A program made the translations under genes and the position numbers. Positions 42,023 through 52,878 of a stretch of 64,000 nucleotides of DNA are shown here, one piece after another. How positions within the stretch are numbered: the first letter of the stretch is position 1; each line of letters begins with the position of its first letter. Origin of the DNA: Desulfobacterales bacterium (GTDB lineage Bacteria > Desulfobacterota > Desulfobacteria > Desulfobacterales > UBA2174); contig CAXXWC010000018.1 in NCBI GenBank assembly GCA_963668645.2, forward strand, positions 224,001-288,000. Direction: 5' to 3'. The notes under the pieces are model-generated. The model worked only from the letters and a program-made list of their open reading frames with translations. It was not told the origin of the DNA and ran no database searches.

Positions 42023-42478
42023 ATGAAAATGCAGTTGGTTGTCGTGTTTTTTTGCGTTGCAGTTTTGGGGTTTGCATCGGGTCTATATCCGGCCATGGCC
42101 GGTCAGGGCGATACGACTTGGCAAGTGCTTGCCCATATCGATAAGGTCCTGGATGAAAATCCGCTTCCACAGGGAAAAGACTCGCAGCTTATCAAGGTCG
42201 CCGAAGACGATACCGTCAGCATGTATGTCGTGCGGATGATGCCGGGCTCGGAACTCGGCCCCCACTTTCACCAAGGGCATGACGAGATCGAGTACGTAAT
42301 CCGTGGCCAGGCCGAGCTGTTGATAGACGACGAGTGGCGGCAGTTCAAGGCGGGCAGCATCCATTTCAATCCCAAAACGAAGGTGCACGCGGCGCGCAAT
42401 CGAAGCGACGCGCCGCTCATCGTACTCATCGCCTTTACCCCGGCAATGAGAGAGACGGACCGCCACTTTCTCAAATAA
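42023..42478 (+). CDS. Exported cupin-domain protein
   Basis: Signal peptide; PHFHQGHDE and PKTKVH cupin motifs. Confidence 0.85.
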   Translation: MKMQLVVVFFCVAVLGFASGLYPAMAGQGDTTWQVLAHIDKVLDENPLPQGKDSQLIKVAEDDTVSMYVVRMMPGSELGPHFHQGHDEIEYVIRGQAELLIDDEWRQFKAGSIHFNPKTKVHAARNRSDAPLIVLIAFTPAMRETDRHFLK

Positions 42479-42700
42479 GCAAAGCTCTATGGACAGCTCG
42501 ATACCAGAAGTCCGGCGCCTCCAGGCAAGCTCCAGGCCGGAAGGCGCCGGCTGACCGAAATCGCCACACTTTCAACCCGCCCACCGTCTCCCGCAGCCCC
42601 CCCCATTTTTTTCTTGACAACGATTTGGCGGCGGTTTAATGCTGGTTCATTGGCTCAACCAAGCACCCAACTGACCATACAACCATAAGGCAGGCGACCG

Positions 42701-43399
42701 ATGAACCCCAATTTATACCCCAAGATCCGCCAAGAATCTATTTTCGAGAAAATTATCAGCCACATAAAGGATCAGCTGAACTGCGGCAATTTAAACGCGG
42801 GAGATCAGTTGCCAACAGAGAGAGATCTGTCGGAGATGATGGGGGTGAACCGCCATTCCGTGCGAGAGGCATTTCGTGTCCTTGAATTTTTAGGGGTGAT
42901 CGAGCGCAAAGTCGGGGTCGGGACGGTTGTCAAGAATGTGGGGCAGGATCTGCTTGCGGAGCGTCTGAAGCACGCTCCGGATTTTTCGCCGGACAGCTTC
43001 TTGTGCGAGCTGCTCGAGCTGAGGATGGTTCTGGAACCCGCGATGGCTTCCTTGGCCGCTAAGCGTGCGACCGAGGCGGAAATAGAGGAAATGGCGCATG
43101 CGATCCGGGAACTGAAGGCCAAGGTTGATCATGTGGGAGAGGCAGCCAGCGCAGATATCCGATTGCACATGGTGATTGCCAAGGCAACTCACAATATAAC
43201 GTTTTCACGGCTTTTTGAGCCCGTCTTGTCAATGCTCTCCCACATCAGGGAACGGATGAAAAAAGTTCGTTCACGACGTCAATCGATAATCACCGAGCAC
43301 GAGGATATATTCAACGCCATCGAAAGCCGGGATAGCAAGAAGGCGGAAGAAGCCATGCGATACCATCTTACCCAGCTGAGAAAAAGCATAATGGAGTGA
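42701..43399 (+). CDS. GntR/FadR-family regulator
   Basis: GDQLPTERDLSEMMGVNRHSVREA; FCD domain with EHEDI. Confidence 0.95.
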   Translation: MNPNLYPKIRQESIFEKIISHIKDQLNCGNLNAGDQLPTERDLSEMMGVNRHSVREAFRVLEFLGVIERKVGVGTVVKNVGQDLLAERLKHAPDFSPDSFLCELLELRMVLEPAMASLAAKRATEAEIEEMAHAIRELKAKVDHVGEAASADIRLHMVIAKATHNITFSRLFEPVLSMLSHIRERMKKVRSRRQSIITEHEDIFNAIESRDSKKAEEAMRYHLTQLRKSIME

Positions 43400-43408
43400 G
43401 CAGCCGAC

Positions 43409-44281
43409 ATGGCAAAGCGCATGAGCAAGGCAAAGCAGCTAAGAGAAAGTCTTTCAAAAGGGCCCCTTGTTATCCCGGGCGGGTTTTCGCCGCTAGTCGG
43501 GATGATTGCAGAGCAGCTGGGATATTCAGCTGTATACATGAGTGGTTATGGAACTTCAGCCTTTCGGTTGGGACTGCCCGATGTCGGGCTGATTTCGTTG
43601 CCGGAAATGGTGGATGCGGCAAAAAATTTTGCCCGTTCGATCTCTATCCCTCTTATTGCGGACGCAGATACCGGGTATGGCAATGTAATCAATGTCATCA
43701 GGACGCTGCATGAGTTTGAGGCCGCGGGGGTCGCCGGTCTGCAACTAGAAGATCAGATCTGGCCGAAAAAATGCGGTCATATGGAAGGAAAGGCAATTAT
43801 CCCGGAACGCGAAATGGTAGGGAAGATCCGAGCTTGTGTTGATGCCAAAACCGATGAAGATTTTTTGATCATCGCTCGAACGGATGCAAGGACGGTGGAA
43901 GGATATAAAGAGGCAATCAAGCGTGCCAATAGTTATGCTGATGCCGGTGCGGATATAATCTTTGTCGAGTCTCCACTAACCGAAGAAGAAGTGCGTGAAG
44001 TCCCGAAAGTCGTCAAGGCTCCTGTTTTGATCAATATGTCTGAAGGCGCAAAAACCCCATTGTTTACGAGTCAGGAGTTAATGGAATTCGGCTATCGGAT
44101 CATTCTGTGGCCGAGTTCGGCAACATGGGCAGCCGCAGGGGCGATAAAAGAGGTGCTGGAAGTTCTTCTTCGCGAGGGAACTACGACGGCGCTGGAAGAA
44201 AAGATGGTTGATTTCAAAAGATTCAACGATCTTATCGGATTGAAAAAAATATATGAGGTCGAAGCCAGATATAATCGATGA
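43409..44281 (+). CDS. Isocitrate lyase/PEP mutase family lyase (PrpB/dimethylmalate lyase-like)
   Basis: DADTGYG, EDQIWPKKCGH, ARTDA. Confidence 0.9.
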   Translation: MAKRMSKAKQLRESLSKGPLVIPGGFSPLVGMIAEQLGYSAVYMSGYGTSAFRLGLPDVGLISLPEMVDAAKNFARSISIPLIADADTGYGNVINVIRTLHEFEAAGVAGLQLEDQIWPKKCGHMEGKAIIPEREMVGKIRACVDAKTDEDFLIIARTDARTVEGYKEAIKRANSYADAGADIIFVESPLTEEEVREVPKVVKAPVLINMSEGAKTPLFTSQELMEFGYRIILWPSSATWAAAGAIKEVLEVLLREGTTTALEEKMVDFKRFNDLIGLKKIYEVEARYNR

Positions 44282-44347
44282 TGTTTGTACAAAGGCGAAG
44301 GGATGTCCGGTAGTTGAGCTAATTTATCAATCAGAAGGAGGGGTATC

Positions 44348-45364
44348 ATGAGTAAGCGAAAGTCAATTTTGAGTATCGCTGTTGTGATCGCGGTACTGGC
44401 GATGGGCTTGACTCCAGCCATGGCCAAGGCGGAGACCGTGAAGATGAGAGTGGCTGGTACAGCCCCAAGCGGCCATTTCGGTTACAAGACATGCCAGGAG
44501 ATGGGCAAGAGGTTGACTGAGAAATCAGGGGTCAAAGTAAAGATCAATGTGCTTGGAGATGCAGTACTCGGTGGCGATATTGAGCTCGTACGCGGCGTAC
44601 AAAACGGGAGTATCGATGCAGCGCTGGCCTGCGGTTTTGCGATTGCGAATATCACGGGAATGAAGGAGTTCCAGATTGCTGAACTTCCATTTCTTTTCCC
44701 GACGAAAAAGGTCGCATACAAGGTGCTAGATGATACCATCGGACCTTCATTGTTTCCGAAATTGAGAGATAAAGGCATCATGGCATGGTCATTCTGGGAT
44801 CTCGGATACCGTCATATGACGAGCAACGGCAAGGCGATCCTTGATCCTTCTGACTTGGATCGGATGAAGATGAGAATTCCACAGTTGCCGATGTTTATCG
44901 ACATGTTCAAGGCCTGGGGAGTCAATCCGGTACCGATTTCGAGAGGTGAACTCTATTCGGCGCTTCAGCAGGGAGTTATTGACGGGCAGGAAAACCCTGT
45001 GGGCGTGATTTACAATGGAAAGCTCCAGGAGGTACAAGACTCCTTGTCCCTGACAGGGCATGTTGAAATGCAGTACTTTCTTATCGTAAGCCGAAGTTTT
45101 TTTGAAAAGCTGCCCGAAAAAGTCCAGAAAGTGTTTCCTGAAGTCGTTGTTGGGCTGGCTTCCTATAACAGGGAGTTGTCAGACAAAGACGATGTGGATG
45201 GAATTGAGAAGTTGAAAAAAGACGGAATGAAAGTATATGAGTTGAGTCTGGAACAGAAGATGAAGTTTAAGAAGGCTGCAGAAAGTGTTTACGGTAAGTG
45301 GGAAAAGGAAATTAACAGCCCCCTATTTAACCAGGTACTCGAAGCCGTTTCAGTGTCAAAATAA
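44348..45364 (+). CDS. dctP: TRAP transporter solute-binding protein
   Basis: Signal peptide; GYRH, KMRIP, LQQGVIDGQENP. Confidence 0.93.
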   Translation: MSKRKSILSIAVVIAVLAMGLTPAMAKAETVKMRVAGTAPSGHFGYKTCQEMGKRLTEKSGVKVKINVLGDAVLGGDIELVRGVQNGSIDAALACGFAIANITGMKEFQIAELPFLFPTKKVAYKVLDDTIGPSLFPKLRDKGIMAWSFWDLGYRHMTSNGKAILDPSDLDRMKMRIPQLPMFIDMFKAWGVNPVPISRGELYSALQQGVIDGQENPVGVIYNGKLQEVQDSLSLTGHVEMQYFLIVSRSFFEKLPEKVQKVFPEVVVGLASYNRELSDKDDVDGIEKLKKDGMKVYELSLEQKMKFKKAAESVYGKWEKEINSPLFNQVLEAVSVSK

Positions 45365-45380
45365 CACAGTTTAAATGATA

Positions 45381-45463
45381 GAAAGAGGCTCGGCTGATGT
45401 CGAGATAGGCCGAAAACGGCCTCTTGATATCTATATCCAGTGATTTGTGCCGAGCCTCTTTCC
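45381..45463 (+). other. Nested stem-loop after dctP
   Basis: GAAAGAGGCTCGGC...GCCGAGCCTCTTTC 14-bp stem enclosing an AGGCCG-AAAA-CGGCCT hairpin. Confidence 0.6.
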
Positions 45464-45532
45464 ATAGACTGAAATACCATCCGGAATGCCGTGAAAACGG
45501 CATCCAATTCAAAACAATTTTAACCTTATCCG

Positions 45533-46009
45533 ATGCGGTTTTTTCGGCATACTGTAATCGAGGTGGGCATGATAAAAAAAGCCGTTGAATACTTTGTTAT
45601 CCTGCTATGTTCGGTGCTTGTGATAGTCAATATTCTACAAGTGCTGCTGAGGTATGTCTTCGGGACATCGTTGGTCTGTTCAGAGGAGCTGTCCCGGTAT
45701 ACCATGATTTGGATGGCTTTTTTGGCTGCCGGATTATTAGGCCTGGATAATGGTCACTCGAAGATTACTTTGATAATGAAAATTAAATTTTGGAAAATTC
45801 CTTATACGATAGTCGAGTTGATTTCATCTTTCATGCTTGTCATTATCATCATCGCAGGCATAAAAATTAGCGTTCAAAGTTGGAGCCAACCTCTTCCAAC
45901 CTTACCGATTTCAGCGGGTGTAGCCTATCTTGCGCTGCCACTTGGAATGATAATACTGCTCATTGCGGTTATTCGCCAGGCGATAAGTAGAGGAAAGGAT
46001 CATAAATGA
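45533..46009 (+). CDS. dctQ: TRAP small permease
   Basis: QVLLRYVF, SEELSRY, four TM segments; start may be slightly downstream. Confidence 0.88.
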   Translation: MRFFRHTVIEVGMIKKAVEYFVILLCSVLVIVNILQVLLRYVFGTSLVCSEELSRYTMIWMAFLAAGLLGLDNGHSKITLIMKIKFWKIPYTIVELISSFMLVIIIIAGIKISVQSWSQPLPTLPISAGVAYLALPLGMIILLIAVIRQAISRGKDHK

Positions 46010-47295
46010 CAGCGTTGATCACAATTATCGTAGTGCTCTTGGTTCAAGTATTTCTCGGGATGCGCATTTCCATCGCAATCGCCTCCAGTGGGATAATCAC
46101 CTACATAATGTTTTATGGCGAAATCCCCTTCGATGTATTGTCTTCCTCTATGTTCATGGGGTTGAACTCCTTTCCACTGATAGCGCTGCCTTTGTTCGTT
46201 CTGGCCGGTGAGCTGATGAATGAAGGCGGTATGTCCAAAAAGCTGGTGGAGTTTGCCTATCAGATCATCGGGCGAGCCCGTGGCGGGCTTTCATATGTGG
46301 CGACGGTTTCCGCAATGCTGTTTGCAGGCGTTTCAGGTTCAGCAGTCGCAGACACAGCCGCAATCGCATCGATATTGACGCCTGAAATGGCCAAAAAGGG
46401 GTATCCCAAAAATTTCAATGTGGCGGTAATTGCAGCATCGGGAACAATAGGACCGATCATCCCGCCGAGTGTGCCAATGATCGTTTACGCGATTATCGCG
46501 GGGGTTTCAATCGGAAAGCTTTTCGTCGCCGGGTACATTCCAGGGCTGATGCTCGGATTGGGTTTTATGCTTGTCAGTTACATTCTTTGCAATAAGATGA
46601 AGCTTGCGAGAAGCGAAAAATATTCTTTAAGTGATGTGGCTAAATCCTTCATAGATGCGATATGGGCTCTCCTGTTTCCTATCATTGTAATGGGAGTGAT
46701 CCTGGCAGGGATCTGTTCGGCCACAGAGGCGGCAGCCATAGCGGTTTTATATTCTTTTGTTGTCGGGTTTTTTATTTACAGGAAGATTTCGATTAAAACA
46801 ATTCCTGGAATTATATTAAAAACGGCAAAAGTCGCATCGAATATATTCCTGATTATTGCCGCTGCAAATTTTTTGGGTTGGATTATGGCCTATGAGGGAA
46901 TCCCCCAAGAGGTCTCCGAGGCACTTTTAGCGCTATCGAGCAATCCGACCGTCGTCTTGTATATCATTCTGTTGCTTCTGCTTATAATCGGAATATTCAT
47001 GGAGACCACAGCCGCACAGTTGATCCTGGTTCCCGTCTTGCTGCCTGTTCTTGTCGAGTTGGGGATTGATCCGCTTTTCTTTGGCGTTTTTATGGTCGTC
47101 GCTCTGGCAGTCGGATTTTTAACTCCACCCGTAGGAGTGGTGCTATATGTGGTCTCTTCGGTAGCTAACGTGGATGTTGAGACTGTCTTTAAACATTCGT
47201 TTGCATACATCGCAGTGATGATCCTGGTATTGATAATAATGATCCACTTCCAGGGATTGATAATGTGGCTACCAGAGGTTGTCTTTGCAAAGTAA
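46006..47295 (+). CDS. dctM: TRAP large permease
   Basis: SGSAVAD, IIPPS, TPPVG. Confidence 0.93.
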   Translation: MTALITIIVVLLVQVFLGMRISIAIASSGIITYIMFYGEIPFDVLSSSMFMGLNSFPLIALPLFVLAGELMNEGGMSKKLVEFAYQIIGRARGGLSYVATVSAMLFAGVSGSAVADTAAIASILTPEMAKKGYPKNFNVAVIAASGTIGPIIPPSVPMIVYAIIAGVSIGKLFVAGYIPGLMLGLGFMLVSYILCNKMKLARSEKYSLSDVAKSFIDAIWALLFPIIVMGVILAGICSATEAAAIAVLYSFVVGFFIYRKISIKTIPGIILKTAKVASNIFLIIAAANFLGWIMAYEGIPQEVSEALLALSSNPTVVLYIILLLLLIIGIFMETTAAQLILVPVLLPVLVELGIDPLFFGVFMVVALAVGFLTPPVGVVLYVVSSVANVDVETVFKHSFAYIAVMILVLIIMIHFQGLIMWLPEVVFAK

Positions 47296-47318
47296 TATAA
47301 TTTAAAGTTAGGTTGACC

Positions 47319-48218
47319 ATGAAAGTGTCGGACAAGATAAACGGCCTTTTGAAAGGCGCTTGGGACATGCATGTTCACGGGTATCCGGAGATATCATTCG
47401 ATGTGCAGCAACAGCTCGATGATATCGAAGTAGCGCAGGAAATAGAAAGCGCAGGAATGCGTGGATTTGTGTTGAAATCTCACTTTTGGCCGACGGTTGG
47501 AAGATCATACCATCTGAAAAAAAGGTTCCCATCCATAAAGATCCTGCCAAGTATAACCCTGAATACAACAGTTGGCGGTCTGAATCCGGTTTCTGTCGAA
47601 AGTGCAGCAAGACAAGGGGCAAAAGTGATTTACATGCCGACTTGGTCGGCCGATAATGATTTGAAAAGAAACGGGTTTTCCAGGTACTTGAGAGGCTATA
47701 TAGATAGGTTCAGCTCAGATTGTAAAAACGAAGGACTCAGGCTGCTAGATTCAAAAAATTTGATAAAGGAGGATGTCCGGGAGATAATACGGATTGCAAA
47801 AACTTTTAAAATGATCATCGCTACAGGCCATGTCTCTGTCGAAGAAAGTCTGGCTATGATTGACGAAGCCGGGCGGCTTGATTTTAGTTCCATAATCTTT
47901 AATCATCCCAATAGCCATTCCATCGGTGCAAAGATTGAAGACATGGAATTGATGGCGAGCAAGGGTGCGTATATCGAATTTTGTGCTTTAGGATTGATGC
48001 CAGTATTCCAAATCGTCCGTCCGGATGATCTTAAGAACATGATAAGACGGATAGGGGTAGACAAATGCATATTGTCAAGCGATTACTTTTTCGAATGGGC
48101 CCCGTCGCCTCCTGAAATGCTGAAATTGGCGGTATCGTCACTGCTCAGTGTTGGAATGGAGGAAGAAGAGATCGTGCAAATAGCCCGGACGAACCAGGAA
48201 AAATTATTGACAAAATAA
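47319..48218 (+). CDS. Amidohydrolase-superfamily protein (DUF6282-like)
   Basis: DMHVH, LKSH, MPT, ATGH, NHP, LSSD. Confidence 0.75.
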   Translation: MKVSDKINGLLKGAWDMHVHGYPEISFDVQQQLDDIEVAQEIESAGMRGFVLKSHFWPTVGRSYHLKKRFPSIKILPSITLNTTVGGLNPVSVESAARQGAKVIYMPTWSADNDLKRNGFSRYLRGYIDRFSSDCKNEGLRLLDSKNLIKEDVREIIRIAKTFKMIIATGHVSVEESLAMIDEAGRLDFSSIIFNHPNSHSIGAKIEDMELMASKGAYIEFCALGLMPVFQIVRPDDLKNMIRRIGVDKCILSSDYFFEWAPSPPEMLKLAVSSLLSVGMEEEEIVQIARTNQEKLLTK

Positions 48219-48263
48219 ACCGATCTTGTCGTAAATCTGTTTGATCAAAAGAAAGATGCTGAC

Positions 48264-49427
48264 ATGTATGATTTATTGATAAAAAATGCACACTTGGTAG
48301 ACAAGTCGGAAAATATAAATCAAATCGGATCCGTTGCTGTAAGAAATGGAAAGATTGAAAAAGTATGCATGCAAAACAGTGTCTATGATTCCGAAACGAT
48401 TATAGACGCCAGAGGATTATATTTGTCTGCAGGACTGATTGATTTGCACTGCCACCCTGTTGCGGAATTGTGCGATTTGGGTGCTGAAGCGGACAGGGTC
48501 GGAATCGAATGCGGGGTTTCAACATTGTGCGATGGAGGAAGTGCCGGGTGCGATACCTTCATGGCAATGGAAAAACTCGTTATCGATAAGTCGATTACGG
48601 AAATTTTCAGCTTTCTCAACATCGCGCGTACGGGATTGGTTAAAATTCCTGAAATCAGCCACATCAGTGATATCAATATAGAGAAAACCAAAAAGATTAT
48701 CGCATCGAAACCGGATCGTATAAAGGGTGTAAAGGTGCGGGTAGTGGAAAGCCTCGAAAAGACAGTCGGCATAGAGGCGGTAAAAATAGCGAAAGAAATC
48801 GCGGTTAAGTTTGGATTGCCGCTTATGATGCATATCGGAGAATCGCGCAAAAGGAAACCCTCTGATACGATGGATTCTTTTTCGCGAAATGCGGTTTCCT
48901 ATCTTGAAGAAGGGGATATCCTGAGCCACTATCTCACGTGGGAGGCCGGTGGCCTTATCTTTGAAAATGGCCAAGTCGATAGAGCGCTTGAATTGGCAAT
49001 CGACAGGGGCGTTGCACTGGACTCGTGCCATGGATTGAATCATTTCAGCTCTAAAATAGCGAAGATCGCCATTGATAAAGGTATACTGCCAACGATTATA
49101 AGTACGGATATGTCTGCACCATCAGCTGCGGTTGTGCAATCGTTAGCGGTCGTTATGTCCAAGTTTTTAAACATGGGCTTATCGATTGACGATATAATCA
49201 ATATGACTTCTTATAATCCGGCTAAGCTATTGAAAATAGACAATACCAGTGGATCTTTGAAAATCGGAAAAGCTGCAAATATGTTTATTTTTTCGATTGA
49301 AGACGGGAATTACTGCTTCAAAGATGGCAACAGCGGAGAAACAGTGACAGGCGAAAAACTGATAGAGCCAAGGATGACGATTTTAAGAGGGAAAACTTAT
49401 CCTGCATATTCGAATTATCATTTGTAG
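48264..49427 (+). CDS. Amidohydrolase (dihydroorotase-like/deacetylase family)
   Basis: GLIDLHCH, GVKVR, MMHIG, ILSH, IISTD, NPAK. Confidence 0.85.
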   Translation: MYDLLIKNAHLVDKSENINQIGSVAVRNGKIEKVCMQNSVYDSETIIDARGLYLSAGLIDLHCHPVAELCDLGAEADRVGIECGVSTLCDGGSAGCDTFMAMEKLVIDKSITEIFSFLNIARTGLVKIPEISHISDINIEKTKKIIASKPDRIKGVKVRVVESLEKTVGIEAVKIAKEIAVKFGLPLMMHIGESRKRKPSDTMDSFSRNAVSYLEEGDILSHYLTWEAGGLIFENGQVDRALELAIDRGVALDSCHGLNHFSSKIAKIAIDKGILPTIISTDMSAPSAAVVQSLAVVMSKFLNMGLSIDDIINMTSYNPAKLLKIDNTSGSLKIGKAANMFIFSIEDGNYCFKDGNSGETVTGEKLIEPRMTILRGKTYPAYSNYHL

Positions 49428-49467
49428 ACTGTCCATAGATGGAGGGCGTTCAAAAAGGAGATGGTAG

Positions 49468-50859
49468 ATGAGTATCACAGTTGTTGGTGGAGGCCCGGCA
49501 GGCTATGTAGCCGCAATAAGAGCGGCACAGTTGGGCAATTCCGTTAAACTGATCGAAAACGGCACGCTAGGCGGCACTTGCCTCAACAGAGGCTGCATTC
49601 CGACAAAATCCTTGTTGCAGGATCTCAAGCTGATTCACGCATGCCGGAAAAATGGTTTTATTACCGGAGGTGAACAGCCGGACAATATTTTGATCGAGAA
49701 AATTCTTGCCAAGAAGAATGCCTCTGTCAAAAAAATGGTTGAAGGAATCAGGCTGCTATTGGGCTCATACGGAATCGAGGTTATTAAAGGTCGTGCTGAT
49801 TTCATCGGCACCAACAAGCTCGTTCTGGAAAGAGAAAATGGCCCGGCAGAAGAACTCGCCTTTGAAAAGCTTGTTTTGTGCAATGGATCCTGTCCCAGGA
49901 CCATTCAGGGCATAGAGCCGGATGGCAGGATCGTGCTGACCTCCGATGACATATTAGGTGCCGATAAGCTGCCGGGGAGTTTGATTATCGTTGGAGCGGG
50001 TTATATCGGCATAGAGTTTGCCTTTATTTTCAAGATGATGGGAGTTGATGTGACGCTCGTGGAATCAGAGCAGAGAGTGGTTCCGGGCATCGATCTGGAG
50101 TTGAGCAGATACATCGAGAGGATTCTTAAGCAAAACAGGATCAGGATAGAAAAAAATACAATAATCAAGGATTTTAAAAAAGAATCTGACAAAGCGGTTA
50201 TAACGGTGGAATGCAACGGGAGGACTCAAGAGTTGTTTTCCGAGGCACTGCTTTTATCCGTCGGCAGAAAAGCGGAAATAAACATGAACTTCGCCACTGC
50301 CGGAATAGAAATCGAGAATGGATTTGTAAAAGTAGACAACTATCTTAAAACAACAGCCGATAATGTTTATGCTGCAGGAGATGTTATCGGCGGGCTGCTG
50401 CTGGCATATGTAGCCTCTGCTGAAGGGGAGATGGCGGTTGAAAACGCATCGGGTAAAATGGTGTCTATAAAGCCCGTAACTACCCCCTTTTGTATCTTTT
50501 CTAACCCGACGGTGGCCAGCGTAGGAGATACAGAGGAGGACGCTAATAAGAATGGGGCCGTAAAGATCGGAAGATTCCCGTTCAGGGCGAATCCGAAGGC
50601 AAATATTCTAGGAGAAGTGGATGGGTTTATAAAAGTAATTGCCGATAAGGAGACCGATATTGTTAGAGGAGTGCATATCATCGGCCCAGATGCTGATACT
50701 CTGATTTCGGCGGCAGCAGTGGTCGTAGATCAGAAAATTAAATTGAAGGAGTTTACCAACATATTGCAGCATCATCCTTCGACCAGTGAAGCACTGAAAG
50801 AGGCCTTCTTAGATGCCGATAAGATGGCGATACATCTTGCCAAAATCAAAAGACCATAA
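49468..50859 (+). CDS. lpdA: Dihydrolipoyl dehydrogenase (E3)
   Basis: GGGPAGYVAA, GGTCLNRGCIP, HPSTSE. Confidence 0.93.
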   Translation: MSITVVGGGPAGYVAAIRAAQLGNSVKLIENGTLGGTCLNRGCIPTKSLLQDLKLIHACRKNGFITGGEQPDNILIEKILAKKNASVKKMVEGIRLLLGSYGIEVIKGRADFIGTNKLVLERENGPAEELAFEKLVLCNGSCPRTIQGIEPDGRIVLTSDDILGADKLPGSLIIVGAGYIGIEFAFIFKMMGVDVTLVESEQRVVPGIDLELSRYIERILKQNRIRIEKNTIIKDFKKESDKAVITVECNGRTQELFSEALLLSVGRKAEINMNFATAGIEIENGFVKVDNYLKTTADNVYAAGDVIGGLLLAYVASAEGEMAVENASGKMVSIKPVTTPFCIFSNPTVASVGDTEEDANKNGAVKIGRFPFRANPKANILGEVDGFIKVIADKETDIVRGVHIIGPDADTLISAAAVVVDQKIKLKEFTNILQHHPSTSEALKEAFLDADKMAIHLAKIKRP

Positions 50860-50879
50860 CTCTCGAATGGAGTCCTGAG

Positions 50880-51896
50880 ATGAAAAGTATAGAAGCCACA
50901 GAAAAGCAAATGCCCATTCCCGATCTTTTGGGGTTGTATGAATTGCTCGTCACTACAAGAGAATTCGAGCTAGCCGTTGCAAAGATCAATGCCCGGAAAA
51001 GCCTTCCGGAAAATCCGCATCTTTGCGTGGGGCAGGAGGCGATCGGCGTAGGCGCCTGTTACAACCTGAGAAGGTCTGATTCGGTCATGCCATCCCTTAG
51101 AGGAAGATCTGTGTTGATTACCAAAGGTGTCCCGCTCGGTGTATTGCTGGCCGGAATCTATGGTAAGGCTACCGGTCCATCACGGGGAAAACATACCACC
51201 CACCATATGGGCGATCTCGATTTCGGAGTCCTCCCTTCCAGTTTGTTGATCGGCTCACAGATACCGATTGCCGTCGGAACGGCCCTCGCATCCAAATACC
51301 AGGGAAAGGATGATGTCTGTTTATGCTTTTTCGGTGACGGCGCATCGAACAGGGGTGATTTTCATGAGGCGTTGAATATTGCGGCAATTCAGTCGCTCCC
51401 GGTTGTATTTGTCTGCGAGAATAATCATTATGCAATCGACACTAACGTTAAAGATTCCATGCGAATAGAAAATATCGCCGATCGTGCCGGCAGTTATGGC
51501 ATGATCGGCAAGTGCATCGATGGAAACGACGTTCTGCAAGTCCACCAGACTGTTCAAGAAGCCATATCCAAGGCGAGAAGCGGAGAAGGCCCTTCCCTGA
51601 TTGAGTGCAAGACCTACCGTTATCGAACACATTCCGAAAGATTTAAAGAGGAAAGGCCCAAAGAAGAGTTAGCGCAATGGATGGAAAGATGTCCGATAAA
51701 GCTATACGAGGAGCATCTTTTCAACACTGAGGTATTAAATCAGTCAAAGAAAGATGAGATCTACAATAGGGTGAACGGGGAGATATCAAAGGCGATCGAA
51801 TTTGCCGAAAACAGCCCTTATCCGGACCCAAAAGAACTATTTGATGATGTTTACACCAATGGATATATAAAGGATGGAAGACTATGCATGAAATGA
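50880..51896 (+). CDS. TPP-dependent 2-oxoacid/acetoin dehydrogenase E1 alpha
   Basis: GQEA, GDGASNRG...VCENN, TYRYRTHS. Confidence 0.9.
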   Translation: MKSIEATEKQMPIPDLLGLYELLVTTREFELAVAKINARKSLPENPHLCVGQEAIGVGACYNLRRSDSVMPSLRGRSVLITKGVPLGVLLAGIYGKATGPSRGKHTTHHMGDLDFGVLPSSLLIGSQIPIAVGTALASKYQGKDDVCLCFFGDGASNRGDFHEALNIAAIQSLPVVFVCENNHYAIDTNVKDSMRIENIADRAGSYGMIGKCIDGNDVLQVHQTVQEAISKARSGEGPSLIECKTYRYRTHSERFKEERPKEELAQWMERCPIKLYEEHLFNTEVLNQSKKDEIYNRVNGEISKAIEFAENSPYPDPKELFDDVYTNGYIKDGRLCMK

Positions 51897-52855
51897 CTTT
51901 TCGTGACGCGATCATGTCTGCAATAGCGGATCAGATGGAAAAAGATCCTGCGGTATTTTTAATCGGTGAAAATGTCGGTAAAGCCGGGGGGGTCTACTTT
52001 CACACGAAGGGACTCTATGAAAAGTTCGGTCCGAGCAGGATCATGGATATGCCGATATCCGAGTCCGGTTTTGTCGGAGCTGCCGTGGGGGCTGCCATCC
52101 AGGGGACAAGACCCATCGTTGACATGATGTTTTCGGATTTTATGCCGTTGGCGATGGATCATCTTGTCAATCATGCTGCAAAGATGAGGTATATGTGTGC
52201 CGGAAGAGCAAAGGTGCCTCTTGTCGTAAGGACCTTCTGCGGCGCCGGCACCAGCCTGGGATGTTCTCATTCCCAGAGCCTCGAGGCCTGGTTCACTCAT
52301 GTGCCCGGGCTAAAGGTGGTGATGCCGTCGACGGCGCAAGATGCAAAGGGATTGATGAACTCTGCTATCCTCGATGATGATCCTGTGATTTTCATAGAGC
52401 ATCGTCTGCTATATTCCCTGCCTGGTCAAGTGCCATCGGATTCTTATACGATTCCCTTCGGAGTCGGCGAGATAAAGCGAGAAGGAAGCGATGTCACCAT
52501 CGTCGCCACCGCCCTGATGGTTCAAAAAAGTCTCAAGGCGGCCGATCTTCTAAGTAAGGAAGGAATAGAGGTCGAGGTTGTGGACCCGCGGACGTTGAAT
52601 CCCCTCGATGTCGATCTGATCGTCTCATCCGTCAAGAAAACCTCCCGACTCGTTGTCGCGCACGAAGCGAATGTGACCTGCGGTATCGGTGCAGAGATAG
52701 CTGCAATTGTCGCCAATAAGGCTTTCGGGTATCTTGACGCGCCTATCGAACGCGTATGCGCTCCCGATGTGCCGATTCCGTTCAGTCCGCCTCTCGAAGA
52801 GGCCTATATACCGGGTGTAAAAGACATCGTAAAAACAGTAAAAGGAATGTTCTGA
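51884..52855 (+). CDS. 2-oxoacid/acetoin dehydrogenase E1 beta
   Basis: DMPISE, HSQS, DDPVIFIEH, RTLNPLD. Confidence 0.92.
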   Translation: MHEMTFRDAIMSAIADQMEKDPAVFLIGENVGKAGGVYFHTKGLYEKFGPSRIMDMPISESGFVGAAVGAAIQGTRPIVDMMFSDFMPLAMDHLVNHAAKMRYMCAGRAKVPLVVRTFCGAGTSLGCSHSQSLEAWFTHVPGLKVVMPSTAQDAKGLMNSAILDDDPVIFIEHRLLYSLPGQVPSDSYTIPFGVGEIKREGSDVTIVATALMVQKSLKAADLLSKEGIEVEVVDPRTLNPLDVDLIVSSVKKTSRLVVAHEANVTCGIGAEIAAIVANKAFGYLDAPIERVCAPDVPIPFSPPLEEAYIPGVKDIVKTVKGMF

Positions 52856-52878
52856 AAAAGAACATAGGAGATTTGAAG

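Noticed and set aside
43409..44281. Calling this gene prpB of a methylcitrate cycle
   Set aside because: No prpC, prpD or acnD nearby, and the KKCGH motif is shared by several lyases of this superfamily.
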